Below are positions 1 to 7,382 of a DNA stretch of 64,000 nt, piece after piece. Both the position numbers and the translations under genes were made by a program. Numbering within the stretch: the first letter of the stretch is position 1; every line of letters begins with the position of its first letter. The stretch lies in NCBI GenBank assembly GCA_051866635.1, contig JBJDXJ010000058.1:1-64000 (forward strand). The letters are read 5' to 3'. Under the pieces are notes generated by a model. The model was not told where the DNA came from, did not search any database, and saw only the letters and a program-made list of their open reading frames with translations. This stretch comes from Clostridia bacterium. Lineage in GTDB: Bacteria; Bacillota; Clostridia; UMGS1883.

Positions 1-9
1 TTACATGTG

Positions 10-39
10 AAAAACCGCCTAATCACTTAGACGGTTTTT
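10..39. terminator. Hairpin with flanking A/T runs (probable intrinsic terminator of the upstream gene)
   Basis: aaaaaccgcctaa-tcac-ttagacggttttt inverted repeat. Confidence 0.6.
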
Positions 40-91
40 GTGCAGGTTGTATAATGGTTATTAATATACATATATTTTTTAAAATTAGGTA

Positions 92-120
92 TTGACAAAA
101 TACATTTTATCAATTATAAT
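92..120 (+). promoter_or_regulatory. Sigma-A promoter of tRNA-Pro
   Basis: TTGACA (92-97), 17 bp spacer, TATAAT (115-120), AT-rich upstream. Confidence 0.85.
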
Positions 121-153
121 GCATAAGGTAGTCACGAGTTGACAAGTTAATAT

Positions 154-230
154 CTGGGTGTAGCGCAGATTGGTAGCGTGCTTGAATGGGGTTCAAGAGG
201 CCGGGAGTTCGAGTCTCCCCACTCAGACCA
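154..230 (+). tRNA. tRNA-Pro(GGG)
   Basis: 77 nt cloverleaf: acceptor ctgggtg/cactcag, anticodon arm cttga-atGGGgt-tcaag, T loop gttcgag, encoded CCA. Confidence 0.97.
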
Positions 231-423
231 ACAAAAAATCCTGTCGGTTTTCGGCAGGATTTTTTGTTGTATTATTCATTTTTCAATATTCACCATTCAT
301 TATTCATTCCCTTTTTTGACAGGATTTTTTAATGAATAATAAATAATGAAGTCGCAAGCTAATGAATAATGAATAATTGTGGTAGTTTCGCATAAGCGAA
401 ACATTGATTTTATAGAATTAATA
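202..423 (+). repeat. 222-bp direct repeat, copy 1 (tRNA 3' end + terminator + heptamer repeats)
   Basis: Reads as identical to 978-1199 (offset 776). Confidence 0.95.
229..269 (+). terminator. Intrinsic terminator after tRNA-Pro (second copy at 1005-1045)
   Basis: caacaaaaaatcctgtcg-gtttt-cggcaggattttttgttg. Confidence 0.8.
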
Positions 424-449
424 TGGTAAAATCACCTTGGGTGATAGAT

Positions 450-818
450 ATGAAAGGAAATATATTAATTGAAAAATCTATTGACTTTGCAGCACGGATT
501 ATAAAACTGCAAACATATCTTGTTAAAACAAAAAAAGAGTATATAATTTCAAAACAGATTGTGCGTAGCGGAACAAGTATCGGTGCAAATATAAATGAAG
601 CAAATTATGGACAGAGCAAAGCAGACTTTATATCAAAATTGCATATAGCATTAAAAGAAACTGCCGAAACAGAATATTGGCTCAGATTGCTTGAAAAATC
701 GGAAATTCTCACATCTAACGAGGTGGATTCTCTTCTTAAAGATTGTTTGGAAATCAAGCGATTGCTTGTTGCATCAATAAATACCGCAAAAAATAATAAT
801 GAACCTAAAAATAATTAA
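450..818 (+). CDS. Four-helix-bundle protein (TIGR02436 / 23S rRNA IVP / Avd-like family)
   Basis: Motifs 'KSIDFAARII', 'SKQIVRSGTSIGANINEA', 'SKADFISKLHIALKETAETEYWLRLL'; ATG 450 chosen over 423. Confidence 0.9.
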   Translation: MKGNILIEKSIDFAARIIKLQTYLVKTKKEYIISKQIVRSGTSIGANINEANYGQSKADFISKLHIALKETAETEYWLRLLEKSEILTSNEVDSLLKDCLEIKRLLVASINTAKNNNEPKNN

Positions 819-977
819 CTTCACAACGCTGTAGGATTTATCCTACGGCGTTTTTGTTTATTGGGAGAAACTCTAACAATCTGCTCTGGGCAGATTGGAA
901 TCGAGCCCGACCGCGTCCTGCGGACGAATGAGGGAGGGCACCGCAAACGGAAGCGTGCGAAATGATGTTCAAAACCT

Positions 978-1259
978 CGGGAGTTCGAGTCTCCCCACTC
1001 AGACCAACAAAAAATCCTGTCGGTTTTCGGCAGGATTTTTTGTTGTATTATTCATTTTTCAATATTCACCATTCATTATTCATTCCCTTTTTTGACAGGA
1101 TTTTTTAATGAATAATAAATAATGAAGTCGCAAGCTAATGAATAATGAATAATTGTGGTAGTTTCGCATAAGCGAAACATTGATTTTATAGAATTAATAA
1201 AACCTAAAAACAATTAACTTCACAACGCCGTAGGATTTATCCTGCGGCGTTTTTGTTTA
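978..1259 (+). repeat. Direct repeat copy 2: tRNA 3'-end fragment plus both flanks of the four-helix-bundle gene, without the gene
   Basis: 978-1199 = 202-423; 1201-1259 nearly identical to 802-860. Confidence 0.95.
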
Positions 1260-1268
1260 GCAGAAATA

Positions 1269-2426
1269 TCAATCTAAGATACCGTTTCTTTCTTTAACTT
1301 CAAGTATCTTTCGGACACTTTCTTCTATCTTTTTCTTGCCAATCGTCCCATCTTCTACAGCATTGACTATTGCATCATGTGCTTTTTCCAAATCCTTTGG
1401 CATAAGAAGCATGTCCGCCCCTGCTAAAACTGCTTTTACCGCACTATCTTCCACCAAATAGTTTTCTGTTATAGCTCCCATTGAAAGAGAATCTGTTATA
1501 ACAATTCCTTTAAAACCCAAATCTCCCTTTAAGAAGCCCGTGATTACCTCTTTTGACAAAGATGAAGGCACCTTTTCTTCAGTGGCATTTATAAGCGTCA
1601 TATGGGACACCATTACAAATTCCGCCCCTGCCTGAATTCCTTTTTCAAAAGGCAGAAATTCACATTTTTTAAGCCGGTCATATGATCTTGTGCTTTCGGA
1701 ATATCCATTGTGAGAATTTTCAGCCGTACTTCCGTGACCGGGAAAATGTTTTAGAGCTGATATAATAGAGCCATCACCCATCCCTTTTACAAAAGAAAAC
1801 ACCTTTTCGCCAACTTCTGTAGGGTCAGAACCGAAAGACCGATCGCCTATTTCGCTGTTTTTTTCATTTATAATCACATCTGCTACAGGTGCAAAGTCAA
1901 GATTAAAGCCAAGCCCTTTCAAATCTGCCGCCAGCTTAGCGGCACTATGGTAAGCCTCGTCCTTATCTTTGATTTCACTCATGGGAGGAAGGTGGACCAC
2001 TCCCATATTTTCATTTTTGCCAAGCCTTGAAACCCTGCCACCTTCTTCATCCACGCCGATAAATAAGGGGATTTGTGAATATTCCTTCGTTTTTGAAATC
2101 ATTTCAATCGTCTGTTCACGGTCTTTGAAATTCTTTGCAAAATATATAATTCCCCCTACGGGATGTTTTTCAAGTGACTTTTTCATTATTTCCGTGGCAC
2201 AAGTATGAGTCTTTTCATTTGTTAAAGCTTCGGGCGTAACAAACATCATCTGATACACCATTTCATCTAAAGTCATGTTTTCCATGATTTCGGGTACAAC
2301 ACTTACGGAAATTTCTTCTGTAGGTTGGATTTGTATATCCTCGAAGTTATCTTCTATTGTATAAAGTTTAAAAACCGTAGCAAACACTGTAATTATAAGA
2401 ATCAAAGCTACACTTACTTTTTTCAT
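1269..2426 (-). CDS. GH3 glycoside hydrolase (beta-N-acetylhexosaminidase, NagZ-like) with N-terminal membrane anchor
   Basis: VDEEGGRV, FAPVADV, KHFPGHG...NSH, ITDSLSMGAI motifs. Confidence 0.9.
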   Translation of the reverse strand: MKKVSVALILIITVFATVFKLYTIEDNFEDIQIQPTEEISVSVVPEIMENMTLDEMVYQMMFVTPEALTNEKTHTCATEIMKKSLEKHPVGGIIYFAKNFKDREQTIEMISKTKEYSQIPLFIGVDEEGGRVSRLGKNENMGVVHLPPMSEIKDKDEAYHSAAKLAADLKGLGFNLDFAPVADVIINEKNSEIGDRSFGSDPTEVGEKVFSFVKGMGDGSIISALKHFPGHGSTAENSHNGYSESTRSYDRLKKCEFLPFEKGIQAGAEFVMVSHMTLINATEEKVPSSLSKEVITGFLKGDLGFKGIVITDSLSMGAITENYLVEDSAVKAVLAGADMLLMPKDLEKAHDAIVNAVEDGTIGKKKIEESVRKILEVKERNGILD

Positions 2427-2446
2427 TTTCAAACCCCTTTATAACC

Positions 2447-2481
2447 AAAAAGACTGTTCACCATTGTTGTGACAGTCTTTT
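2447..2481 (-). terminator. Terminator of the ffh-rpsP-khpA operon
   Basis: aaaaagactgt...acagtctttt inverted repeat. Confidence 0.7.
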
Positions 2482-2494
2482 CAGTTATTTTGCA

Positions 2495-2728
2495 TTATTC
2501 TACAATTTCAACAGCGACTTTCGCATTTTCCTTGTTGGCATAAGCCTTCATAACAGTTCTGATCGCCTTTGCAATTCTGCCCTGTCTGCCTATAACCTTG
2601 CCCATGTCGCTTGATGCAACCTTTAAAGAAAGAAGGATTTCACCGTCTTCCTTTTCGGTCTGTGTAATTTCCACTTCCTCAGGCTTTTCAACCAAGGGAA
2701 GTACAATTGTCTTGAGAAGTTCTTTCAT
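2495..2728 (-). CDS. khpA: KH-domain RNA-binding protein KhpA (YlqC)
   Basis: 'DMGKVIGRQGRIAKAIRTV' KH motif; follows rpsP; start at MKELL. Confidence 0.92.
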   Translation of the reverse strand: MKELLKTIVLPLVEKPEEVEITQTEKEDGEILLSLKVASSDMGKVIGRQGRIAKAIRTVMKAYANKENAKVAVEIVE

Positions 2729-2774
2729 CGTCTTAATCCTTTCGTTCAGATAAAAATCTGAAACCCTCATAAAA

Positions 2775-3020
2775 TTAGCCTATGATACCCTTCTTCTTTA
2801 AGAGAACCTTTACAGTATCTGTGGGCTGAGCACCCTTAGCAATCCACTGCTTAACCTTGTCGGCATCAACTGTGAATGTGGAGGGTTCTGTCATAGGATT
2901 GTAAGTACCTACTTCTTCGATAAATCTGCCGTCACGGGGATAACGGGAATCTGCAACTACTACACGGTAGAAAGGAGCCTTCTTAGCACCCATTCTTCTA
3001 AGTCTGATTTTTACTGCCAT
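2775..3020 (-). CDS. rpsP: 30S ribosomal protein S16
   Basis: [35 protein letters not shown]. Confidence 0.99.
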   Translation of the reverse strand: MAVKIRLRRMGAKKAPFYRVVVADSRYPRDGRFIEEVGTYNPMTEPSTFTVDADKVKQWIAKGAQPTDTVKVLLKKKGIIG

Positions 3021-3071
3021 TTTAATACACCTCGTAAAATAAATTTTATAATAAATTGGGTTTAACCAAAT

Positions 3072-4403
3072 TTAAAACGGTAATCTCATTTTCTTAAGTT
3101 TTTTTGGATCGGAGAACATTTTCATCATTTTTCTCATCTGTTCAAACTGCTTAAGAAGCTGGTTAACTTCAAATATTTCCACGCCTGCACCCTTTGCAAT
3201 ACGCATTTTGCGGCTGTGGTTGATAATTTCGGGTTTTTCCCTTTCCTTTTGGGTCATGGATTTGATGATAGCCTCAATATGTGCCAATTTCTTTTCGTCA
3301 ACCTTGGCATTTTTAAGTGCCTTGGAATCCACCCCGGGAATAAGTTTTAGCATATTCTCCAAGGGGCCCATATTTTTCATCTGCTCAAGCTGATCAAGAT
3401 AATCGTTAAGGTCAAAGCTTTGTTCCTTAATCTTCTTTTCAAGCTCAATAGCTTTCTTTTCGTCAATTGCACTTTGTGCTTTATCAATAAGGCTTAAAAC
3501 GTCGCCCATACCCAATATTCTCGATGCCATACGGTCGGGATAGAAGGGTTCAAGGTCAGTAAGTTTTTCGCCCATACCAACATATTTAATAGGCTTGCCT
3601 GTTACAGCCTTTACGCTAAGTGCCGCACCGCCACGGGTGTCGCCGTCAAGCTTTGTAAGAATGTTTGCATCAATGCCAAGCTGTTCATTGAAGCTTGATG
3701 CAACATTCACCGCATCCTGACCTGCCATGGCATCAATTACAAGAATAATTTCCGCAGGATGAGTTTCGCTTTTAATCTGAACAAGCTCCTCCATCAATGC
3801 TTCGTCGATGTGCAATCTGCCCGCAGTATCTAAAATAATTGTGTCATACTTTGATGTATCGCATGTAGACACAGCTTTTTTTGCAATATTTACAGGATTT
3901 TTTTCATCATAGTCCGCATATACGTCACAGCCAACCTGACTGCCCACAACTTCAAGCTGTTTAATAGCCGCAGGACGGTACACGTCACAGCCTACCAAAA
4001 GCACCTTTTTGCCGTTCTTTTTTAAAACGCCGCCAAGCTTTGCACTTGTTGTTGTTTTACCGGCACCTTGTAAACCTACCATCATGTAAACCGTAGGCGG
4101 CTTTGGTGAAACAGTAAGCTTACTGGAGCTGCCGCCCATAAGCTCAGTGAGTTCATCGCGAACAATTTTTATTATTTGCTGACCGGGAGTAAGGCTTTCC
4201 AAAACCTGACTGCCCACTGCCTTTTCAAAGACCTTTTTTTCAAAGTCCTTAACAACTTTAAAACTGACATCCGCTTCAAGAAGTGCCAGTCTGACCTCTC
4301 GCATTGCGTCCTTTAAATCCTTTTCGGACACCTTGCCCTTGCCCGTCAGCTTTTTAAAGGTATTCTGCAGTTTTTCGCCGAGGGACTCAAAAGCCATTGT
4401 CAT
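3072..4403 (-). CDS. ffh: Signal recognition particle protein Ffh
   Basis: GLQGAGKTT, DTAGR, TKLDGDTRGGAALS, Met-rich C-terminal M domain. Confidence 0.99.
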   Translation of the reverse strand: MTMAFESLGEKLQNTFKKLTGKGKVSEKDLKDAMREVRLALLEADVSFKVVKDFEKKVFEKAVGSQVLESLTPGQQIIKIVRDELTELMGGSSSKLTVSPKPPTVYMMVGLQGAGKTTTSAKLGGVLKKNGKKVLLVGCDVYRPAAIKQLEVVGSQVGCDVYADYDEKNPVNIAKKAVSTCDTSKYDTIILDTAGRLHIDEALMEELVQIKSETHPAEIILVIDAMAGQDAVNVASSFNEQLGIDANILTKLDGDTRGGAALSVKAVTGKPIKYVGMGEKLTDLEPFYPDRMASRILGMGDVLSLIDKAQSAIDEKKAIELEKKIKEQSFDLNDYLDQLEQMKNMGPLENMLKLIPGVDSKALKNAKVDEKKLAHIEAIIKSMTQKEREKPEIINHSRKMRIAKGAGVEIFEVNQLLKQFEQMRKMMKMFSDPKKLKKMRLPF

Positions 4404-4414
4404 CTTCCTTTCCG

Positions 4415-4771
4415 CTATATATCATTTCTGAAAACATTTACATATCCGATGATTTCGTCAGCCAGATTTTCAATATTCCGATTGCTCCAGGCACCACGAT
4501 TAATTTCCTTAATCTTTTCTGCCGCCTTTTCGATTTCGGAAGCAAGACCCATTTTTTTATAAAGCCCCAGCTTTTCTTCAAAAGCATCCAGACTTTCCTC
4601 GCCGCGTTTGATAAAATCCCGCACGCCCTGTCGGCTTATGCCTGTATTTTCGGCAATTTCACCTAAGGAAAGGTCCTCATCGTAATAATATTCCATTGTA
4701 TCGAACTGTTTTTCCGTAAGCAGCCCGCCGTATACCGACAAAAGGGCACTGTAACGAAGATTTTTTTCCAT
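4415..4771 (-). CDS. ylxM: YlxM-family DNA-binding protein
   Basis: 'YGGLLTEKQ...YYYDEDLSLGEIAENTGISRQGV'; directly upstream of ffh. Confidence 0.92.
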   Translation of the reverse strand: MEKNLRYSALLSVYGGLLTEKQFDTMEYYYDEDLSLGEIAENTGISRQGVRDFIKRGEESLDAFEEKLGLYKKMGLASEIEKAAEKIKEINRGAWSNRNIENLADEIIGYVNVFRNDI

Positions 4772-4901
4772 ATTCTGCACCTCGTGTAAAGCTTTTTAAC
4801 TTTACATCCACGTCATTTTACACTATTTCATCAGCCCTGTCAAGTACTTTTTTAATAAAATTTAAAATCAAGGGAAATATGGCATGCAAAATGTACGCAG
4901 C

Positions 4902-4930
4902 AAAAAAGTGCGATTAGCTCGCACTTTTTT
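4902..4930 (-). terminator. Terminator after the sigma/anti-sigma pair
   Basis: aaaaaagtgcga-ttagc-tcgcactttttt. Confidence 0.75.
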
Positions 4931-4942
4931 GTATAAATACAT

Positions 4943-5788
4943 TTACTTTGTGTTTTTAGCCATATTTATAAGTTCCTCACGTGTAAGGTGTCCGCGGCCG
5001 GAAATGCCTACCGAAACATCATCTTCAGTTTCCCAGTCGATACTTCTGTTGTCCATTATAACGGCAGTTTGTCCATTTATCTCCACTACCTCCATGGTGC
5101 CATCCGTTCCTGTAGCAAATGCTGTTTCTTCATTTATAATTCGTTCAAAGATATAAATGTCCGTTTCGCCCCTTTTGTAAACCAGCGTTATATAGTCGCC
5201 GCTAGGGGTGCCGTTTTCATCTTTGTAGGCATATACACGGGCAAGGGAATATCCCTCGGGTAAAACCTTCGGCACTTTAATATCAAAATTTGCCGTTTTC
5301 TGTGCATCCTCTATTGAAGCAAAGTCAAATTCTGCCTCGTTAGGGTCATAATCGTCGCCACTTACTGAAATTGCTACATCATCGCCATATGCTTCTTTAT
5401 ATATTGCATTAAACTTTTCAGCAGTCATAACCTCACCGTTTTTATCGTAGAGCTCATCGTACTCTTTCATATATTTAACTTCGTTTCCGTCCTTATCAAA
5501 AAGCTTTCCGCGAAGCTCCTTTGGAAGTTCCATGTCTTCGCTGTCATACAGAACAAATTGATTATGTCCTGTGGAAGCCTCTCGTATGTATCCGGCGGCA
5601 ATACAGGTGCCGGCAATCAGTATAAATGCCGCACATGCCGCAATTAAATAAAACTTCTTTGTATTAAAACCTTTTCTATTATTGATTCTCGCTTTCATTC
5701 TTAAAATCTCCCTTTCAGTTATTTCCTCTTTTTCATACCTTGACAAGTCAACCTTGGTATCGTTCAAATAATCATATGCGTTTTTCAT
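4943..5788 (-). CDS. Probable anti-sigma factor (single TM, DUF4367-like extracellular domain)
   Basis: Overlaps the ECF sigma gene; one TM helix; 'P..LPEGYSL' and 'VEINGQTA...W' motifs. Confidence 0.75.
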   Translation of the reverse strand: MKNAYDYLNDTKVDLSRYEKEEITEREILRMKARINNRKGFNTKKFYLIAACAAFILIAGTCIAAGYIREASTGHNQFVLYDSEDMELPKELRGKLFDKDGNEVKYMKEYDELYDKNGEVMTAEKFNAIYKEAYGDDVAISVSGDDYDPNEAEFDFASIEDAQKTANFDIKVPKVLPEGYSLARVYAYKDENGTPSGDYITLVYKRGETDIYIFERIINEETAFATGTDGTMEVVEINGQTAVIMDNRSIDWETEDDVSVGISGRGHLTREELINMAKNTK

Positions 5789-6311
5789 CTGCTCCGCCTC
5801 CATAAATTGCTTTTAGTTTGCGTCTTCCCCTGGACAGCCTGTTATATATTTGGGATGGTTTCCGTTTTGTGCTAAGGGCAATGTATTCCACATCTTCGCC
5901 GTTAATATACCGCCTGATAAATATCTCCCTGTCAGAAGGCGAAAGTGCGGCAAGAAGTTCCTTGGTGTCTTGTTGTATTTCACATTTTACAGCCTCGCTT
6001 TCATCGGCTAAGTGATATGGAAGTTCCTCTTCGGACAGACTTCTTATGTATTTTCTCTTGTAATCTATGGTTCTGTACTTTGCCACCGCCGCAACATAGT
6101 TCTTCAGACTGTTCTTGTCAGGATTAAAGCTTTTTAAGTTTTGCCAAAGAGCAAAACACACATCGTTAATGCAATCCTCCTGCCACATGGGCAGGCTTTT
6201 CAAGTGATACCTGACTATGGATTTAATCAAACCGCCGTAACGCATGAGAAATTCTTCAAAAGCTTTTTCATTCCTTTTTATTATTTCACGGATCATTTCT
6301 TCGTCATTCAT
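5772..6311 (-). CDS. ECF RNA polymerase sigma-70 factor
   Basis: Region 2 'EDCINDV...LW...F....SLKNYVAAVAKYRTID' and region 4 'IYNRLSRGRRKLK'. Confidence 0.93.
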   Translation of the reverse strand: MNDEEMIREIIKRNEKAFEEFLMRYGGLIKSIVRYHLKSLPMWQEDCINDVCFALWQNLKSFNPDKNSLKNYVAAVAKYRTIDYKRKYIRSLSEEELPYHLADESEAVKCEIQQDTKELLAALSPSDREIFIRRYINGEDVEYIALSTKRKPSQIYNRLSRGRRKLKAIYGGGADEKRI

Positions 6312-6510
6312 ATCTTCACCATCCTTTTTGGTATTTTGAAACGTTTCGCTTAATAATACGTTTGTAAAGTCCTGTTTCTATCACGATTTTAAAAAAATTT
6401 TTAAAAAATGGTCAATATCTTTTAAACCGCAGAAATTCCATATTTCCCGTTGCATATCTCGACAAACTTTGATATAATTTATATAATTATATGTGATTAG
6501 AGGGATTATG

Positions 6511-7380
6511 ATGGATACACTTAAAATAAAGGCATTTGCAAAAATCAATCTTTCATTGGATGTATTGGGAACACTGCCTAACGGATATCATGAAGTTAAA
6601 ATGGTTATGCAGACAGTTTCGCTCTTTGACAGCGTTGAGCTTACAAAGAAGGATAAAGGCATCAGCTTAGGCTGTTCTTTAAAATTTCTCCCCACAAATT
6701 CAGACAACCTTGCATACCGTGCCGCTGAAAGTTTTTTTAAGGAAACAGGCATAAATGGCGGTGTAGATATATATCTTAAGAAACATATCCCCGTGGGTGC
6801 AGGACTGGCAGGCGGTTCAAGCAACGCCGCCGCAGTTTTAATCGGGCTTAACAAGCTCTATGATGCCTCCCTTTCCGTTAAAAAGCTTTGCGAAATGGGT
6901 AAACTTTTAGGTGCCGATGTACCCTACTGCATTATTGGCGGCACACGCCTTGCGGAAGGTATCGGCGAAAAGCTCAGCCCGCTTCCCCCGCTTCCCCCTT
7001 GCTATATTGTTCTTGTAAAGCCTGCATTTTCCATATCAACCAAATGGGTGTATGATAATATTGACTCTTGCCCAAATATTGTTCATCCCCCTACAGACAG
7101 GCTTATTGAAGGCTTGGAGAAAGGCAATCTTCATCAGATTTGCCAAAATATGGGCAATGTGCTCGAGGATGTAAGCATAGCACACTACCCTGTGCTCAGT
7201 CAGGTGAAAGAGGACCTTATATCATCCGGTGCAATCGCATCACAGATGTCCGGCAGCGGACCTACAGTATTCGGCATATTTGAAGATGAAAAAAAAGCCT
7301 TGAATGCCAAAGAAATTCTGTGGAAGAAATATAAAACGGCATATATATGCCACGGAATTAATTCCTATAAAATCAGATAG
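6511..7380 (+). CDS. ispE: 4-diphosphocytidyl-2-C-methyl-D-erythritol kinase
   Basis: AKINLSLDV, GYHEV, IPVGAGLAGGSSNAA, LGADVP, MSGSGPTVF. Confidence 0.97.
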   Translation: MDTLKIKAFAKINLSLDVLGTLPNGYHEVKMVMQTVSLFDSVELTKKDKGISLGCSLKFLPTNSDNLAYRAAESFFKETGINGGVDIYLKKHIPVGAGLAGGSSNAAAVLIGLNKLYDASLSVKKLCEMGKLLGADVPYCIIGGTRLAEGIGEKLSPLPPLPPCYIVLVKPAFSISTKWVYDNIDSCPNIVHPPTDRLIEGLEKGNLHQICQNMGNVLEDVSIAHYPVLSQVKEDLISSGAIASQMSGSGPTVFGIFEDEKKALNAKEILWKKYKTAYICHGINSYKIR

Positions 7381-7382
7381 GA

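Noticed and set aside
450-818. Diversity-generating retroelement suggested by the Avd-like protein and nearby direct repeats
   Set aside because: No reverse transcriptase in the window, and the repeats are non-coding and lack adenine-specific mismatches.
978-1006. Second tRNA gene or prophage attR
   Set aside because: Only the 3' 29 nt of the tRNA is present; no integrase or phage genes lie between the copies.
895-1095. 66-aa ORF from the track
   Set aside because: Runs across the tRNA fragment, terminator and heptamer repeats; no RBS; not protein-like.
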